NCBI GenBank assembly: GCA_038532145.1
Contig: JBCBBC010000005.1
Coordinates: forward strand, 17,731-81,730
From: Pseudomonadota bacterium
GTDB lineage: Bacteria > Pseudomonadota > Alphaproteobacteria > Caulobacterales > Hyphomonadaceae
Direction: 5' to 3'
DNA: 64,000 nt
Below are positions 8,716 through 20,964 of the stretch, piece after piece. The notes under the pieces were generated by a model. It was not told the DNA's origin. It ran no database searches and saw only the letters and a program-made list of their open reading frames with translations. Within the stretch, counting starts at the first letter, position 1. Each line of letters starts with the position of its first letter. The position numbers and the translations under genes are program-made.

Positions 8716-11700
8716 GTGAATTCGAAGTCGAAACTTGGCCGCAAAGGGCCGAACAAACTCACGCTTCTAGGGACAACCGCCATGTTTGCCGTATTCGGCA
8801 TGCCTGGAGTCATGGCTCAAGAAGATGCTGCGGATGATTCTGCGGTTGAAAATGTTAGCGATAACACAACCGATGAAGAAGCCCGTCAGGACGTCATTGT
8901 TGTGCAAGGTGTCCGAGGCGCGCTGCAAACCGCGCGGAACCTGAAACGCGACTCTGACACGTTCGTGGACTCGATTACCGCGTCAGATGTTTCTCAACTT
9001 CCAGACCTCTCCGTTGCGGAAGCGCTGGCACGTGTTCCTGGCGTCGTCACTCAACGCTTTGAGCTCGGCGGCAGCGATGGCGACTTCCCGTCGCCTGAGG
9101 GGTCAGGCAATATCGTTCGCGGCCTCCAATATGTCCGGTCGGAATTCAACGGTCGTGACGCCTTCTCCGCAAATGGTGGACGCGCGCTCGAATGGGCGAG
9201 TATCCCACCTGAGCTGATCGGTGCAGTCGACGTTTTCAAAAACCAGTCAGCGGACATGATTGAAGGCGGAATTTCGGGTGTCGTGAATTTGCGGACGCTG
9301 GAACCGTTCGATCGTGACGGTCTGGTTGCGGTTGCGATTGCTGATGGGACGTACACAGACCTCGCAGAAGAGTGGAGCCCTGGCTTCAGCGCGGTCCTCG
9401 GCAATCGCTGGGACACCGATAGTGGGGAGTTCGGTCTGCTCGGTTCATTCTCAACCTCAACCCTGAATTCCGCCATTCACGGCTTCCAGTATGGTCCATT
9501 GCTGACCCTTCCGAATCCGTTTCAGGCGGACTCAACGATCGCCCTGCCGGGCGGTTGGCAAGCGCGGGACGTGGAATTTGAACGAGAGCGCGACAGCTAC
9601 TATCTGGCTGGCCAATGGCGCGCGCCAGACGGCAATACAGAATTGACGGTAAAAGCTGTCCGCGTTGAAAACGAAACTCAGTCTGATGAGCGTACATTCG
9701 AGTTCTTCACCGACGCTGAATCTTGGGCTTCCTGGGAATTCCTGGGCGGACCTTCTGCCTATTCAATCCGGCCCTTTACGTCTGAAGGCATTGCCCAGTG
9801 TAACGGCAATGGTGAAGCAGCGAATGGCGGCATCGGTATCTGTGAGACCCTACGTCCGGTAGATGGCGGTCTGTTTGAATCCGGCATCGTATCCAACCAG
9901 TTGCGTGACTGGCTTGGTGATGGCGCAACCGGAACCGGCAGCCTCGGCACACCGTTCCAGTCATTGGCCGTGTACGAAGCCCGATCTTCTGTGACTCAAG
10001 ACATCAGCGCCAACTTGAAATGGCGCGCAAATGATCAATGGTTCTTCGAGTTCGATGCCCACTATACGGATGCAGAAGCGACCTTGGATCGTCTCTGGGC
10101 TGGCGGGAATCACTTTGCTGATTACTCGTTTGACTTCTCTGATCCGATGAACCCGCAAATTGGTCTGTTCCAGACCGGTACGCAACTTCAGTCATGGGTG
10201 CCACGCGGTGGACAGCCGCAAACCGCACCGACATCTCTGGCGGATCCGAACACAGCTTACCTGCTCTATGCAGCTGACCAGTTCGAAGACAATACAGGTG
10301 ATCTGTATGCCGTACGCGGCGACGCAGAATATGAATTTGCTGATGATGGCTGGTTCGACTCCGTCAAGTTTGGTGGTCGCTATTCAGAGCGTGAGCAAAT
10401 CAACCGCAGTGCAGGACTGAATTGGGCTGGTATCGCACCACCATGGGCTGGCGGTTACCTACCTTACGCCAACCGCGCGGATGCAAATGCGTTCGAAGTG
10501 TTTGACTTCTCTGACTTCCAGCGCGGCGGACTGTTCGTCGGCGATGCCGGCGTAGTCTTCCCGGACCGCGCTCAGTTGCAGGACTATGGTGCATTTGTAA
10601 CTTCGCTTGCTAACGAGCCTCTATTGACGGTTGGGATCAACTCTGACGGCAACCTGCAGATTGGCGATTGGGCGCCGTTGAACCAGAACGGTGTCATCGA
10701 CTATGCCGGTCGTGGTATTGATGGGTCTGTTAAAGAGCAAACAATGAACCTCTATGGCATGTTGAACTTCGGGAACGAATTCGACAATGGGCAAGCGCTG
10801 TCGGGTAATATCGGCGTACGTTATGTGAAAACTGACATTACGGGCGGCGGAATCGGTGGCTTCTCTGAATTCGCCGACCTGACGGGTACCGCAGACGATG
10901 CTTCGAACCCACGGACCTATTTGCCTGAATTGGCAGCATTCCTGGATCAGGCAGATAGTGTGATTGGAATCGACAACTCATACGAGTATTTCTTACCATC
11001 GCTGAATGTGAAATGGGAACTCAATGACGAGATGCTGATCCGCTTCGCGGCGAGCCAGGCGATCACACCTCCAAATATTGCTGATCTTAATGCAAGCCGT
11101 AACGCTCGTGCGCTTTTGGGTTTTGTAACAGATCCGAACCCGGCCCCGGGAACGCTTCCAGGCGTTATTGACATCATTCCGGATGCCGTCCGGTTTGATG
11201 GTGGCAACCCGAATCTCGAACCTATCGAAGCGATCAACTTTGATCTCTCATACGAGTGGTACTTCGGCGATGACGGGCAATTCACGGTCTCAGGCTTCCA
11301 TAAGGAACTCGAGAACATCATCGTATTCGGAACGACGAACGAAGGATCTTCAACATTCGATGGTTACACCATTCCGTTCGACTTCGGCGGAAACACCAAC
11401 CTGAATGACGGAACGGTGACCGGTGTCGAGATCGCCTATCAGCAATTCTATACCGATCTTCCTGGTTTGTTTGGAAACCTCGGCTTGCAAGCCAACCTGA
11501 CTCTGATCGAGTCAGAGTCGACGGCGCTGCCTGAATTCGAGGATGCGGACGGAGACGGTGTGCCGGATAACTTCCTGACGGTGTATCGATTCGGTATCGA
11601 AGAATTACTCGGCCTGTCCGACATTTCGGGTAACCTGATCGGCATCTATCAGGATGAGAACTTCGAGGCCCGCCTCGCCTATAATTGGCGGTCGGACTAT

Positions 11701-11940
11701 TTCAGCTCGTATCGTGACTTCGTTACCGGTAATCCGATCATTCAAGAAGAGATCGGCTTCCTGGATGCGTCTTTCAAATGGGACGTCACCGACCAGATCC
11801 AGATCGGTGTCCTTGGCGCTAACCTGTTGGATACGAAAGCATTCGCGAGCCAACAGGTCGATCAAGCGGGACAGCGTTTCGCGCGCTCCAGCTTCGTCAA
11901 TGATCGACGCTTCGAAGTCAGCATTCGTTATTCCTACTAA
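8716..11940 (+). CDS. TonB-dependent receptor (large Xanthomonas/Caulobacter-type carbohydrate-scavenging subfamily)
   Basis: 1074 aa, GTG start preceded by AGGGAGG. It has a signal peptide, a TonB-box-like DVIVVQG, plug-domain motifs ([26 protein letters not shown]) and a long beta-barrel ending [10 protein letters not shown]. Confidence 0.9.
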   Translation: MNSKSKLGRKGPNKLTLLGTTAMFAVFGMPGVMAQEDAADDSAVENVSDNTTDEEARQDVIVVQGVRGALQTARNLKRDSDTFVDSITASDVSQLPDLSVAEALARVPGVVTQRFELGGSDGDFPSPEGSGNIVRGLQYVRSEFNGRDAFSANGGRALEWASIPPELIGAVDVFKNQSADMIEGGISGVVNLRTLEPFDRDGLVAVAIADGTYTDLAEEWSPGFSAVLGNRWDTDSGEFGLLGSFSTSTLNSAIHGFQYGPLLTLPNPFQADSTIALPGGWQARDVEFERERDSYYLAGQWRAPDGNTELTVKAVRVENETQSDERTFEFFTDAESWASWEFLGGPSAYSIRPFTSEGIAQCNGNGEAANGGIGICETLRPVDGGLFESGIVSNQLRDWLGDGATGTGSLGTPFQSLAVYEARSSVTQDISANLKWRANDQWFFEFDAHYTDAEATLDRLWAGGNHFADYSFDFSDPMNPQIGLFQTGTQLQSWVPRGGQPQTAPTSLADPNTAYLLYAADQFEDNTGDLYAVRGDAEYEFADDGWFDSVKFGGRYSEREQINRSAGLNWAGIAPPWAGGYLPYANRADANAFEVFDFSDFQRGGLFVGDAGVVFPDRAQLQDYGAFVTSLANEPLLTVGINSDGNLQIGDWAPLNQNGVIDYAGRGIDGSVKEQTMNLYGMLNFGNEFDNGQALSGNIGVRYVKTDITGGGIGGFSEFADLTGTADDASNPRTYLPELAAFLDQADSVIGIDNSYEYFLPSLNVKWELNDEMLIRFAASQAITPPNIADLNASRNARALLGFVTDPNPAPGTLPGVIDIIPDAVRFDGGNPNLEPIEAINFDLSYEWYFGDDGQFTVSGFHKELENIIVFGTTNEGSSTFDGYTIPFDFGGNTNLNDGTVTGVEIAYQQFYTDLPGLFGNLGLQANLTLIESESTALPEFEDADGDGVPDNFLTVYRFGIEELLGLSDISGNLIGIYQDENFEARLAYNWRSDYFSSYRDFVTGNPIIQEEIGFLDASFKWDVTDQIQIGVLGANLLDTKAFASQQVDQAGQRFARSSFVNDRRFEVSIRYSY

Positions 11941-11969
11941 TACGAACTAGCGAATGCTCATTCAAATGA

Positions 11970-11993
11970 GGGAGAGGTCTCCAGACCTCTCCC
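11970..11993. terminator. Hairpin between convergent genes (GGGAGAGGTC-tcca-GACCTCTCCC), T-rich tail on + strand
   Basis: Perfect 10-bp stem and 4-nt loop, followed by TTGTTCTTTGT. It lies between the receptor stop (11940) and the DUF1467 stop (12017). Confidence 0.55.
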
Positions 11994-12016
11994 TTGTTCT
12001 TTGTGGTTCAAATTTT

Positions 12017-12256
12017 TTATTGAGCGGCAAGCCAAGGCACGAGCGCAAAGTGCGCGATCAGCGTCAGCACAAGAGCGCCACCAGAGGCCCAGAGCGCTTT
12101 CTTCTTCAACATAGGCTCTTTCGGGGCGCCCTCTTCCGTGCCTTCGACAATTTCGCCATCTTGCTCATATTGGGACTGCACTCCAATGGGCAGAACACAA
12201 AAAAAGCAAACCCACCAGGTGATGATCAGAACGACGGCAAAACCAACCGGGTCCAT
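12017..12256 (-). CDS. DUF1467-family small membrane protein
   Basis: 79 aa with two hydrophobic segments. It occupies the position after the epimerase that this family typically holds downstream of nuo in alphaproteobacteria. Confidence 0.65.
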   Translation of the reverse strand: MDPVGFAVVLIITWWVCFFCVLPIGVQSQYEQDGEIVEGTEEGAPKEPMLKKKALWASGGALVLTLIAHFALVPWLAAQ

Positions 12257-12691
12257 TTAGTGCTGCCCGTCTTTTGGCGTTTCCATCAGCTCGACGAGGA
12301 CCCCATTGGAGTTTTTCGGATGTACGAAGATGATCATCGTGCCATGCGCTCCAATCCGAGGTTCGCCTAACACGGTCGCGCCGCGCGCCTTCATTTCAGT
12401 CACCGCCTGATCGATATCCGAGACCTCGAAACAGACGTGATGTTGTCCGCCGCGCGGGTTCTTCTGAATGAAGTTGTGGATTGGGCTGTGCTCGTCCAGT
12501 GGTTCGATCAGTTCGATCTGGCTGTTCGGCAAGTTTACGAAGCAGACCTTCACGCCCTGGGCCGGCATATCAAACGGATCGGTAATGTCGGTAGCACCAT
12601 ACAGCGTGCGATATGTCTCCATTGCCGCTTCAATATCCGGCACCGCAACTCCGACATGATTGAGTGGCCCGATCTTGAAAGTCTCGGTCAT
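12257..12691 (-). CDS. mce: Methylmalonyl-CoA epimerase (VOC/glyoxalase fold)
   Basis: 144 aa with N-terminus GPLNHVGVAVPDIEAAMETY and HHVCFEVSDID, typical of the epimerase family. Confidence 0.8.
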   Translation of the reverse strand: MTETFKIGPLNHVGVAVPDIEAAMETYRTLYGATDITDPFDMPAQGVKVCFVNLPNSQIELIEPLDEHSPIHNFIQKNPRGGQHHVCFEVSDIDQAVTEMKARGATVLGEPRIGAHGTMIIFVHPKNSNGVLVELMETPKDGQH

Positions 12692-12706
12692 TGCAATTCT
12701 CCTTGC

Positions 12707-14392
12707 CTAGACCCTTAGCACACTGACATCGACGATGGGCTTGCGACCGAACGTCCGCTCGCACGCCTTTTTCACGGCGCGTGCAAGAGCCCGTTCAACT
12801 TCTTCTTCGTCCTGGCGTTTACGGCGTTTCATCCGGTTAATCGCTTCTTCGACCGCGTCATCGACATCGATCAGACTTTCATCGGCATTGCTGCCATCCG
12901 GCTCCGACAAGCCGCGTGCGGTGAGCAATGGCCCATCGACCACATCGCCTTGTGCATCAATCGCGATAGCGACGCTAACATGGCCCCAGTTGGCGAGCGC
13001 TCGACGTTCGCGAATGCCCTCACTCTCGGCAGGCACGAGCCGGTTGCCATCAAGATACAGGCGACCATTGGGAACATTGTCTATGGTTGCTGCCGGCCCT
13101 GGCGCCAGGCGAATGAGATCACCGTTTCGCGGCGTCACCGCATCGCCGACCTGAAGGCTTTTGGCATAGGCCGCATGTTCGACAATGTGACGTCGTTCCC
13201 CATGCACAGGAACCGCAATCTTCGGACGCACCCATTGATACATGCGACGCAGTTCATCTCGGGCGGGGTGGCCAGACACATGGATCGGGCCATCTGCCAT
13301 CTTATCGGTAATCACCCGGACTCCTTTTTCAGCCAACGCATTTTGCATGTCAAAAATGCCCTTCTCATTGCCTGGTATGACCCGGCTTGAGAAAATGACC
13401 GTATCACCGTCGCCGAGACTGATATGGCGGTGATCATCGCGTGAGATCCGCCCAAGCGCGGCGCGTGCCTCGCCTTGTGAGCCCGTGCACAGGAATAAGA
13501 GATTATCATCGGGCAGGCTGCCGGCCTGATCTTCGCTGATCAGATCGGGTAAGTCTTCAATCACGCCGGTGGCAATCGCCGCGTCGGTGATCTTGTGCAT
13601 GCTGCGCCCAACTAAGCAAACGCTCCGCCCCGCCTGCCGGGCCGCTTCAATAACGGTCGCAACGCGCGCGACATTTGATGCAAATGTGGTGACCGCCACG
13701 CGTCCGGTCAGGCCGCCAATCAGTTCGATTAAATTCCGGCGAACCACACCTTCGGATCCGCTTTCACCTTCTACAAAGACATTCGTACTGTCACAGACCA
13801 TTGCCAATACGCCTTCATCGCCCAAGGCTGTCAGCGCTTCGATATCTGTTTGTTCGCCCAGCTGTGGCTCTGGGTCAATCTTCCAGTCCCCCGTATGCAG
13901 AATCGTGCCAAGTGGCGTATCAATGGCGAGCGCGTTTGGTTCCGGAATGGAATGCGTCAGGGTGATATAGCTTACCTTGAATGGTCCTGCTTCAATCGAC
14001 GCGCCAAGCGGTAGCACCTGAATGCTGGTATTCTTAAGACCGCGCTCAATCAGTTTGGCCTGAGCAAGATGGGCGGTAAAGGCCGTGGCATAGATCGGCG
14101 CGCGCGTCTGTAAACGCGGTAGGATCAACCCGATCGCGCCGATATGGTCTTCATGCGCATGGGTCAGGAAGATGCCATCAATCCTGTCACCCTGATCTTC
14201 CAGGAAGGCTGGATCCGGCGTGACGAGATCAATGCCTGGCGTATCGTCGCCGCCAAAGGTTACGCCAACATCGATCAGAATCCAGCGCCGATCATGCGCT
14301 GGCCCATAGCCATACGCATTCAAATTCATTCCGATCTCGCCACATCCGCCGAGCGGCAGGAATACGAGTTCCGCATCTTTTGAATGTGCCAT
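12707..14392 (-). CDS. rnj: Ribonuclease J (metallo-beta-lactamase / beta-CASP)
   Basis: 561 aa with the HAHEDHIGA metallo-beta-lactamase motif, a beta-CASP region and a basic C-terminal tail. Confidence 0.85.
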   Translation of the reverse strand: MAHSKDAELVFLPLGGCGEIGMNLNAYGYGPAHDRRWILIDVGVTFGGDDTPGIDLVTPDPAFLEDQGDRIDGIFLTHAHEDHIGAIGLILPRLQTRAPIYATAFTAHLAQAKLIERGLKNTSIQVLPLGASIEAGPFKVSYITLTHSIPEPNALAIDTPLGTILHTGDWKIDPEPQLGEQTDIEALTALGDEGVLAMVCDSTNVFVEGESGSEGVVRRNLIELIGGLTGRVAVTTFASNVARVATVIEAARQAGRSVCLVGRSMHKITDAAIATGVIEDLPDLISEDQAGSLPDDNLLFLCTGSQGEARAALGRISRDDHRHISLGDGDTVIFSSRVIPGNEKGIFDMQNALAEKGVRVITDKMADGPIHVSGHPARDELRRMYQWVRPKIAVPVHGERRHIVEHAAYAKSLQVGDAVTPRNGDLIRLAPGPAATIDNVPNGRLYLDGNRLVPAESEGIRERRALANWGHVSVAIAIDAQGDVVDGPLLTARGLSEPDGSNADESLIDVDDAVEEAINRMKRRKRQDEEEVERALARAVKKACERTFGRKPIVDVSVLRV

Positions 14393-14401
14393 TTGCCCCG
14401 C

Positions 14402-15175
14402 TTAGTCTTTCTGATTTCTTCGGTAGACTTCTAACAGGCCTACTTCCATCAAACTCTGATCGAAATGATCTATAGTCTCACTGGCGCCCTCGAAAAGGGA
14501 TGCAACCCCGCCCGTGGCAATAACCTTGAGCGGCGCTGCATATTCGCGCTTCACGCGTGTGACAAGGCCATCAATCAAGTCAACATAACCCCAGAACACA
14601 CCGGATTGCATGGCTGAGATCGTATCCTGGCCGATGACCTGAGACGGCTTTTGAATAGCAATTCTGGGCAACTGCGCCGCCGCATCATGCAAGGCGCGCA
14701 TGGACAGGTTGATACCGGGTGAAATAATACCGCCTTCAAAACCGCCATCTGGTCCAACGACATCAAATGTGGTCGCGGTACCGCTATCGATTACCATTTT
14801 CGCACCTTCATACAATTGATGCGCCCCGATTGCGGCGACAAGACGATCCGCACCAACCTGTTCCGGCCGTCTGATACGGATGGGCACGTCCAGTTTTGTG
14901 CTCGGTTCGCCCACAAACATTGGCTCGGCATTGAAGTAACGGCGCGATAGATTGCGAAAATTGAATTTCGCCTGTGGCACGACGGAAGAAATGATACATC
15001 CGGTGATTTGCGAGAGCGCCAATTCCTCCATGCGCATCAAGGTTCCCAGCCAAACGGCATGATCATCGGCCGTCCGTGTCGCTTCGGTCGAACTCCGCCA
15101 ACTCGACACCCATTCCGTACCGCTATGGAGCGCAAACACGGTATTCGTGTTGCCGACATCAATTACTAACAGCAT
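14402..15175 (-). CDS. coaX: Type III pantothenate kinase
   Basis: 257 aa with N-terminus [16 protein letters not shown] and motifs DRLV and [10 protein letters not shown]. Confidence 0.9.
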   Translation of the reverse strand: MLLVIDVGNTNTVFALHSGTEWVSSWRSSTEATRTADDHAVWLGTLMRMEELALSQITGCIISSVVPQAKFNFRNLSRRYFNAEPMFVGEPSTKLDVPIRIRRPEQVGADRLVAAIGAHQLYEGAKMVIDSGTATTFDVVGPDGGFEGGIISPGINLSMRALHDAAAQLPRIAIQKPSQVIGQDTISAMQSGVFWGYVDLIDGLVTRVKREYAAPLKVIATGGVASLFEGASETIDHFDQSLMEVGLLEVYRRNQKD

Positions 15176-15915
15176 CAGCTTACTCGCTTCACTAAGTCTA
15201 CGTCACCCGCCCTTATGGTGCGCTGCGCGCCATCCGGCAATCGCAAGATCAGGCCACCATCCTCGGCGAGACCTTCAAACACACCTTCGATCCGGTCCTG
15301 GACAGGCCCGGCCTGCACCCGCTCGCCCCGTCCTTCTGCCACGGCAAGCCAAGCCTCTAACAACCCGGAGAAATCCAGCCTGGCCTGTTCAATGCGCCGA
15401 TGCACGGACGCCCGCAACTCGTCGAGGAGCAAGTCTGGCGTAAGCGCAGAAGGTGCTCCTTCCTGTATGAGGCTTGTCGCCGCCTGATCGACGCCGTCTG
15501 GCGCGTGTTTGAGATTGATTCCCATACCAAGCGCGATCCATACGACACCATTGGTCTCGCCGGTTTCCGTCAAGATGCCACTGATTTTCTCGCTGCGGAC
15601 GCGGACATCATTGGGCCATTTCAAGAGCGCTCCCAGCTCTGGTGTTACCGCCTCACACGTATCTCGTACCGCCAACCCCGCCGCAAAAGGAACCCGTGCA
15701 GCCATGCTCAATCCGCCGGATTCTGGAAACAGGAGTGTACTGAAAAGATTTCCGACAGGAGAGACCCAGCTGCGACCTAGACGCCCCCGACCCGCGTTTT
15801 GCTGACGTGCCGCAATCCAAACGGCGGACGTTTCGCCGCGACGCGCCCGGCGTTTGGCCTCTTCGCTGGTGCTATCTATATCGTCATACCAATGGACTGG
15901 CGCGGTCTGGATCAC
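15175..15915 (-). CDS. birA: Biotin--[acetyl-CoA-carboxylase] ligase
   Basis: 246 aa with the [12 protein letters not shown] motif (GRGRxGR biotin/ATP loop). No N-terminal HTH domain, so a group I ligase. Confidence 0.85.
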   Translation of the reverse strand: MIQTAPVHWYDDIDSTSEEAKRRARRGETSAVWIAARQQNAGRGRLGRSWVSPVGNLFSTLLFPESGGLSMAARVPFAAGLAVRDTCEAVTPELGALLKWPNDVRVRSEKISGILTETGETNGVVWIALGMGINLKHAPDGVDQAATSLIQEGAPSALTPDLLLDELRASVHRRIEQARLDFSGLLEAWLAVAEGRGERVQAGPVQDRIEGVFEGLAEDGGLILRLPDGAQRTIRAGDVDLVKRVS

Positions 15916-17342
15916 GAGATCAGGCTGGCCGCTGTATTGGCGGCGAGTTCACTGAACGGGCTAACAAAGATCAACAATAGGACGCTCGCAATCGCGGACA
16001 GGTAAACGGTCGCCGTGACCCAACCATCGACTGGCTCGAAGTCTTCAGCCTGCTCGTCAAACCACATAATTTTGACGATGCGCAGATAATAGTACATCGC
16101 AATCACGGAACTGATGATCAGGATGATGATCAAAGGCATCAGCCCGGCATTCCAGCCCGCTTCGAGCACCGCAAGCTTACCCAGGAAGCCAAAGGCAAGT
16201 GGAAAGCCCGAGACCGAAACCAGCAAGATCGTCAACGCCGTGGCCAAACCCGGCTGTCGGCGGATCAAGCCGGCCAGTTCATCAATATTCTCGACCATTC
16301 CCCCTTCGCGACGCATGGACAAAACGCCGCCAAATAAACCAAGCGAGGCGATCACATAAGCCGTCATGAAAATCAGAAGCGCGCCAACGCCATACTGGAC
16401 GCCAGCCGCAACCGCGACGAGTGCATAACCCATATTTGCAATGGAAGAATAGCCAAGCAGACGCTTGAGATTGGCTTGCGGCAAGGCGCCGAAGGCACCC
16501 ACCAGCATCGAGGCTGCAGCGATGATACCGACGATCAGCTGCCAGTTCTCGAAGGCGATGGCCTGCGGAAATGCCGTGAACATGATGATGGCGAAGACCA
16601 CCATGCTGGCCATTTTCGGCGCCGTCGCGAAAAAGGCAACGACCGGACTTGGAGCACCTTCATAGACATCGGGTGTCCAGACGTGCATCGGCGCTGCGGA
16701 CACTTTAAACGCTAGGCCGGTGATCATCAGCACCATGCCAAACATGAAGCCCAGGCTCGCTTCTGCATCTGCCACCGCTTCATAGCTTGTGCCGCCGGCA
16801 AACCCATAGACCAGAGAAATGCCATACAATAAGAGGCCCGAAGCAAGCGCGCCAAGGACGAAGTATTTCAAACCTGCTTCCGCCGACCGCGGACTGTCCC
16901 GGTGGAACGAGGCGAGCACGTATGAGGATAGGCTGAGCATTTCGACACCCAGATAAAGCGTCATGAAATTCGATGAAGACAGGATCACGCCCATGCCGAG
17001 TGCAGCAAAGATCATTAGTAGCGAATACTCGTATCGCATCGTATCGTGGCGGCGCAGGAAACCTTCCGCCATAAGTAAAGCGATACCCGCGGATGCGAAG
17101 CTGACCACTTTGGCAAAATTGGCGAAACTGCTGGTCTCGACCAGGCCATCAAATGCACGACCACCCTCCCAGTAGAATGCGGCCAGCGCCGCTGATACGA
17201 AAAGAATGCCGGCGCCCAGCTTAAACGAGATGGCGTTAAACCTGTCTCCGAACAGGGCGCCGATCGTCACGCCCAGCAAGCCGGCCGCGGCTAGCAAGAG
17301 ATCTGGAGCGATCGCGTTGAGAATGGCTTCTATATCAAACAT
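15912..17342 (-). CDS. nuoN: NADH-quinone oxidoreductase subunit N
   Basis: 476-aa polytopic antiporter-like subunit, last gene of the nuo operon. Its end overlaps the birA start by 4 nt. Confidence 0.9.
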   Translation of the reverse strand: MFDIEAILNAIAPDLLLAAAGLLGVTIGALFGDRFNAISFKLGAGILFVSAALAAFYWEGGRAFDGLVETSSFANFAKVVSFASAGIALLMAEGFLRRHDTMRYEYSLLMIFAALGMGVILSSSNFMTLYLGVEMLSLSSYVLASFHRDSPRSAEAGLKYFVLGALASGLLLYGISLVYGFAGGTSYEAVADAEASLGFMFGMVLMITGLAFKVSAAPMHVWTPDVYEGAPSPVVAFFATAPKMASMVVFAIIMFTAFPQAIAFENWQLIVGIIAAASMLVGAFGALPQANLKRLLGYSSIANMGYALVAVAAGVQYGVGALLIFMTAYVIASLGLFGGVLSMRREGGMVENIDELAGLIRRQPGLATALTILLVSVSGFPLAFGFLGKLAVLEAGWNAGLMPLIIILIISSVIAMYYYLRIVKIMWFDEQAEDFEPVDGWVTATVYLSAIASVLLLIFVSPFSELAANTAASLIS

Positions 17343-17347
17343 GAGCC

Positions 17348-18838
17348 CTATCCTCCCGCCATCTGGGCGAGCGCGTGAAGCGAGGATTCACGCGTGATAT
17401 CAAAAATGAGATTGGGCAGAATACCCAGCAGTATGGTGCCGAACGCCAGGGGAATGATACAAACCATCTCCTTGATGTTCACGTCTTCAATCGATTCCAG
17501 ATCCGGGTTGGTGATCTGACCGAAAACGGTGCGGCGATAAAGGGTCAGCATATAGACGGCCGAAAAGATCACACCCAGAGCGGCACCCGCCGCAGCCCAG
17601 GTGTTGGCTTGGAAGGCGCCAACCATGGTCAGAATCTCGCCAACGAAGCCGCTGGTCCCCGGCAAGCCGACATTGGCCATGGTGAAGAGCATGAACAGCG
17701 TCGCATAGATCGGCATCCGGTGGACAAGGCCGCCATAAGCGGAAATTTCCCGCGTATGCATGCGGTCATAAACGACCCCGACAATCAGGAAGAGCGCGCC
17801 AGAGATCAAGCCGTGGCTCAGCATCTGGAACACCGCACCCTGGACGCCGATTTCTGTGAAGGAGAAGATACCGAGCGTCACAAAGCCCATATGCGCCACC
17901 GACGAATACGCGATGAGCTTTTTCATATCCGTCTGCCGCCAAGCCACGAGCGAGGCGTACACGATTGCGATCACCGATATTGTAAAGACAAAGGGTTGGA
18001 ACAGAACACTCGCGTCCGGGAACATGGGCAGGCTAAAGCGCAGAAAGCCATAGCCTCCCATTTTTAGCAGGATGCCCGCCAGGATCACCGAGCCTGCGGT
18101 GGGCGCCTGAACGTGAGCATCTGGCAACCAGGTATGCACGGGCCACATGGGCAGCTTCACTGCAAAGGACGCAAAGAAAGCGAGCCACAGCCAGGTCTGC
18201 GCCGATTTAGCAAACTCAAACTGCTCCAACTGAACGACATCGGATGTACCCGCCGTCAGATACATATAGACGACTGCCGCTAGCATAAAGAGCGAGCCGA
18301 GCAGCGTGTAGAGGAAGAATTTGAAACTCGCATAGATGCGATCCACGCCGCCCCATACGCCGATAATGATGAACATCGGGATCAGGCCAGCCTCAAAGAA
18401 GACATAGAACACGACGAGATCAAGCGCGCAAAACACGCCGATCATGAATGTCTCGAGCACCAGGAAGGAGACCACATATTCGGTCAGCCGGTGTTTGATC
18501 GAACCGATACTGGCGATCAGTGCGATCGGCGTCAGCAGGGTCGTTAGCAGGATCAGCAAGAGCGACATACCATCCACGCCCATCTTATACTGAATACCTG
18601 AGAACCAATCGACTTGCTCGATCAGCTGATAGCCGGTGCCGTTCAGATCATAACTGAAGAACATGAAGATCGATATTGCGAACGTACCGACACCGAACAT
18701 CAAACCGGCATACATGACACGTTCGTCTTCGCTACCATCCGGGCGCGTTTGCGCCCCGGTCAGCATCTTGACCAGCAGAATCAGGATGGCACCCGCCAGC
18801 GGCGTAAACGTCACCGCAGAGAGAATTGGGAAGTCCAT
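17348..18838 (-). CDS. nuoM: NADH-quinone oxidoreductase subunit M
   Basis: 496-aa antiporter-like subunit, identified by operon position and motifs ([19 protein letters not shown]). Confidence 0.9.
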   Translation of the reverse strand: MDFPILSAVTFTPLAGAILILLVKMLTGAQTRPDGSEDERVMYAGLMFGVGTFAISIFMFFSYDLNGTGYQLIEQVDWFSGIQYKMGVDGMSLLLILLTTLLTPIALIASIGSIKHRLTEYVVSFLVLETFMIGVFCALDLVVFYVFFEAGLIPMFIIIGVWGGVDRIYASFKFFLYTLLGSLFMLAAVVYMYLTAGTSDVVQLEQFEFAKSAQTWLWLAFFASFAVKLPMWPVHTWLPDAHVQAPTAGSVILAGILLKMGGYGFLRFSLPMFPDASVLFQPFVFTISVIAIVYASLVAWRQTDMKKLIAYSSVAHMGFVTLGIFSFTEIGVQGAVFQMLSHGLISGALFLIVGVVYDRMHTREISAYGGLVHRMPIYATLFMLFTMANVGLPGTSGFVGEILTMVGAFQANTWAAAGAALGVIFSAVYMLTLYRRTVFGQITNPDLESIEDVNIKEMVCIIPLAFGTILLGILPNLIFDITRESSLHALAQMAGG

Positions 18839-20958
18839 TAGCCTGCGCCTCCACTGCGCCAGAACAGGATGGCACCAAAGACCAAGGCCGCGCCAATAAT
18901 CACAAACGCATAGTGATAGAGATACCCGGTATGCATGGCCGACAGCCGCCGTGAGCCCCAGCGGACCAGCGCTGCGACGCCATCGGGTCCGAGGCCATCA
19001 ACGACTCTCTTATCACCAGCCTTGAACAGGTCGCCAAACCAGGCGGACCCGCGAATGAGCGTCGCATTATATAGCTCGTCAAAGTACCACTTATTGGCAA
19101 ACAGGCCGTGTAATGGGCCACCATTTTCAGCGATCTTTTCGCCAACGCCGCGATTGAACAGGTAGGTGAACGTAGCGATGACAAAGCCGGTCACGGTGAC
19201 AATCAACGGCGCCCAGAAGACCCATTCCGGAACATTATACTTGTCCTTGAGGACTGTATTTTCCTTGGCCGCGTAGATCGCGCCGTCCCAGAACTCTTTG
19301 TAATCATGGCCAACAAAGGCGTCGTAGAAATACCACCCGGCAAACACCGCGCCGACGCTGAGCAGACCAAGCGGAATGAGCATGACCATTGGCGACTCAT
19401 GTGGATCTCCATGATGATGGTCATGAGCATGATCATCATGCCCATGCGCTTCATGATGACGCGGCTCCGCCCGAGGACCGTGGAAGGTCATATAGATCAG
19501 GCGCCAGGAATAGAAGCTGGTCAGCAAGGCAGCGGCGATGCCGAACCAGAAGGCCAATTGTCCGAATGCGACGCCGTTCATACCGGCCGCAAACGCCGTT
19601 TCGATGATGGCATCCTTGGAGAAGAAGCCGGACAGGCCCCAGACATGCGGAATACCCAGCCCGATAATCGCAATCGTCCCGATCATCATCGCGCCATAGG
19701 TCAGCGGCATGAACCGGGCAAAGCCGCCCATATTACGCATATCCTGCTCATGATGCGCGCCATGAATAACCGAGCCAGCACCAAGGAAGAGCAAGGCCTT
19801 GAAGAAAGCGTGCGTGAACAAGTGGAACATGGCGGCCTCATAAGCGCCAATGCCAGCAGCAAAGAACATGTAGCCGAGCTGCGAACACGTCGAATACGCG
19901 ATGACACGCTTGATATCGTTCTGCGCCATGCCAACCGTCGCTGCGTAGAGCGCCGTGACCGCACCGATTAGGGCGATCATTGAGGCCGCAAAAGGCGCAT
20001 ACTCATAAATGGGTGAGACCAGGCAGACCAGATAGACGCCCGCGGTCACCATTGTTGCGGCGTGGATCAGCGCCGAGACCGGGGTCGGACCTTCCATCGC
20101 ATCCGGTAGCCAGACGTGCAGAAAGAATTGCGCCGACTTGCCCATCGCGCCGATGAACAGGAGAACACCAATCAGTTCCAGCGCCGGGATGTTCCAAGCG
20201 AGGAATGGCACAACCACATCACGGACTTGTCCAGCTTCGGCCAGCGCCAGTGGAACGACTTCGGCATTTTCCTTGATCGCCGTCAGGACCGGTGCGAATT
20301 CGACAGATCCGAACACGAGGAAGACCGCCATAATGCCGAGCGCGAGTCCGAAATCGCCAACCCGGTTGGTGACAAAGGCTTTGATCGCGGCGTCGTTCGG
20401 CGCTTTGTTCTGATACCAGAAGCCGATCAGGAGATAGGACGCGAGTCCCACACCTTCCCAGCCAAAGAAGAGCTGGATGAAATTGTCAGCCGTCACCAGC
20501 ATCAACATCGTAAAGGTGAACAGGGACAGGTAAGCGAAGAAGCGCGCCTTGTGTGGATCCTCCTCCATATAGCCCCAGCTATACAGGTGAACGAGCCCGG
20601 ACACGCTTGTAATTACTGCCATCATGACAATCGACATGGCATCGACACGAATGGCCCAGTCGGCCTTGAACTGCCCGACTTCCATCCAGGTAAAGAGATG
20701 GATGACATGCTGACCGACATGACCGGCAGCGGCGCCGGTATCAGCGGCCAGAGCTGCATGCTCAACATGACCGGCCCCGCCAGCGCCAGCGGCATAGGCG
20801 AATAATTGATAGAGCGACAACATTCCGGCCATCAGCACAATACTGGTGGTCAACACCATGGCACCGCGATCGCCGATAAATCGCTGGAACAGGCCTGCGA
20901 CCAGCGCAGCAAGACCCGGCCCCAGAACGATGAATTGGATGGCTTCGTCAAATAGCAT
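18838..20958 (-). CDS. nuoL: NADH-quinone oxidoreductase subunit L
   Basis: 706-aa antiporter-like subunit ([22 protein letters not shown]) with a His-rich loop at aa 495-522. Confidence 0.9.
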   Translation of the reverse strand: MLFDEAIQFIVLGPGLAALVAGLFQRFIGDRGAMVLTTSIVLMAGMLSLYQLFAYAAGAGGAGHVEHAALAADTGAAAGHVGQHVIHLFTWMEVGQFKADWAIRVDAMSIVMMAVITSVSGLVHLYSWGYMEEDPHKARFFAYLSLFTFTMLMLVTADNFIQLFFGWEGVGLASYLLIGFWYQNKAPNDAAIKAFVTNRVGDFGLALGIMAVFLVFGSVEFAPVLTAIKENAEVVPLALAEAGQVRDVVVPFLAWNIPALELIGVLLFIGAMGKSAQFFLHVWLPDAMEGPTPVSALIHAATMVTAGVYLVCLVSPIYEYAPFAASMIALIGAVTALYAATVGMAQNDIKRVIAYSTCSQLGYMFFAAGIGAYEAAMFHLFTHAFFKALLFLGAGSVIHGAHHEQDMRNMGGFARFMPLTYGAMMIGTIAIIGLGIPHVWGLSGFFSKDAIIETAFAAGMNGVAFGQLAFWFGIAAALLTSFYSWRLIYMTFHGPRAEPRHHEAHGHDDHAHDHHHGDPHESPMVMLIPLGLLSVGAVFAGWYFYDAFVGHDYKEFWDGAIYAAKENTVLKDKYNVPEWVFWAPLIVTVTGFVIATFTYLFNRGVGEKIAENGGPLHGLFANKWYFDELYNATLIRGSAWFGDLFKAGDKRVVDGLGPDGVAALVRWGSRRLSAMHTGYLYHYAFVIIGAALVFGAILFWRSGGAG

Positions 20959-20964
20959 GAATCC

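Noticed and set aside
12017-15915. The gene string birA-coaX-rnj-mce-DUF1467 directly after nuoN, which could be an unusual operon fusion.
   Set aside because: From memory, this arrangement downstream of nuoN is a conserved synteny block in many alphaproteobacteria. It is useful for taxonomic placement but is not novel.
17375-20805. Several 220-230-aa plus-strand ORFs (17375-18067, 19306-19971, 20116-20805).
   Set aside because: All are antisense to nuoM or nuoL. They have charged, Arg/His/Asp-rich translations that mirror the hydrophobic codons of the real genes, so they are artefacts.
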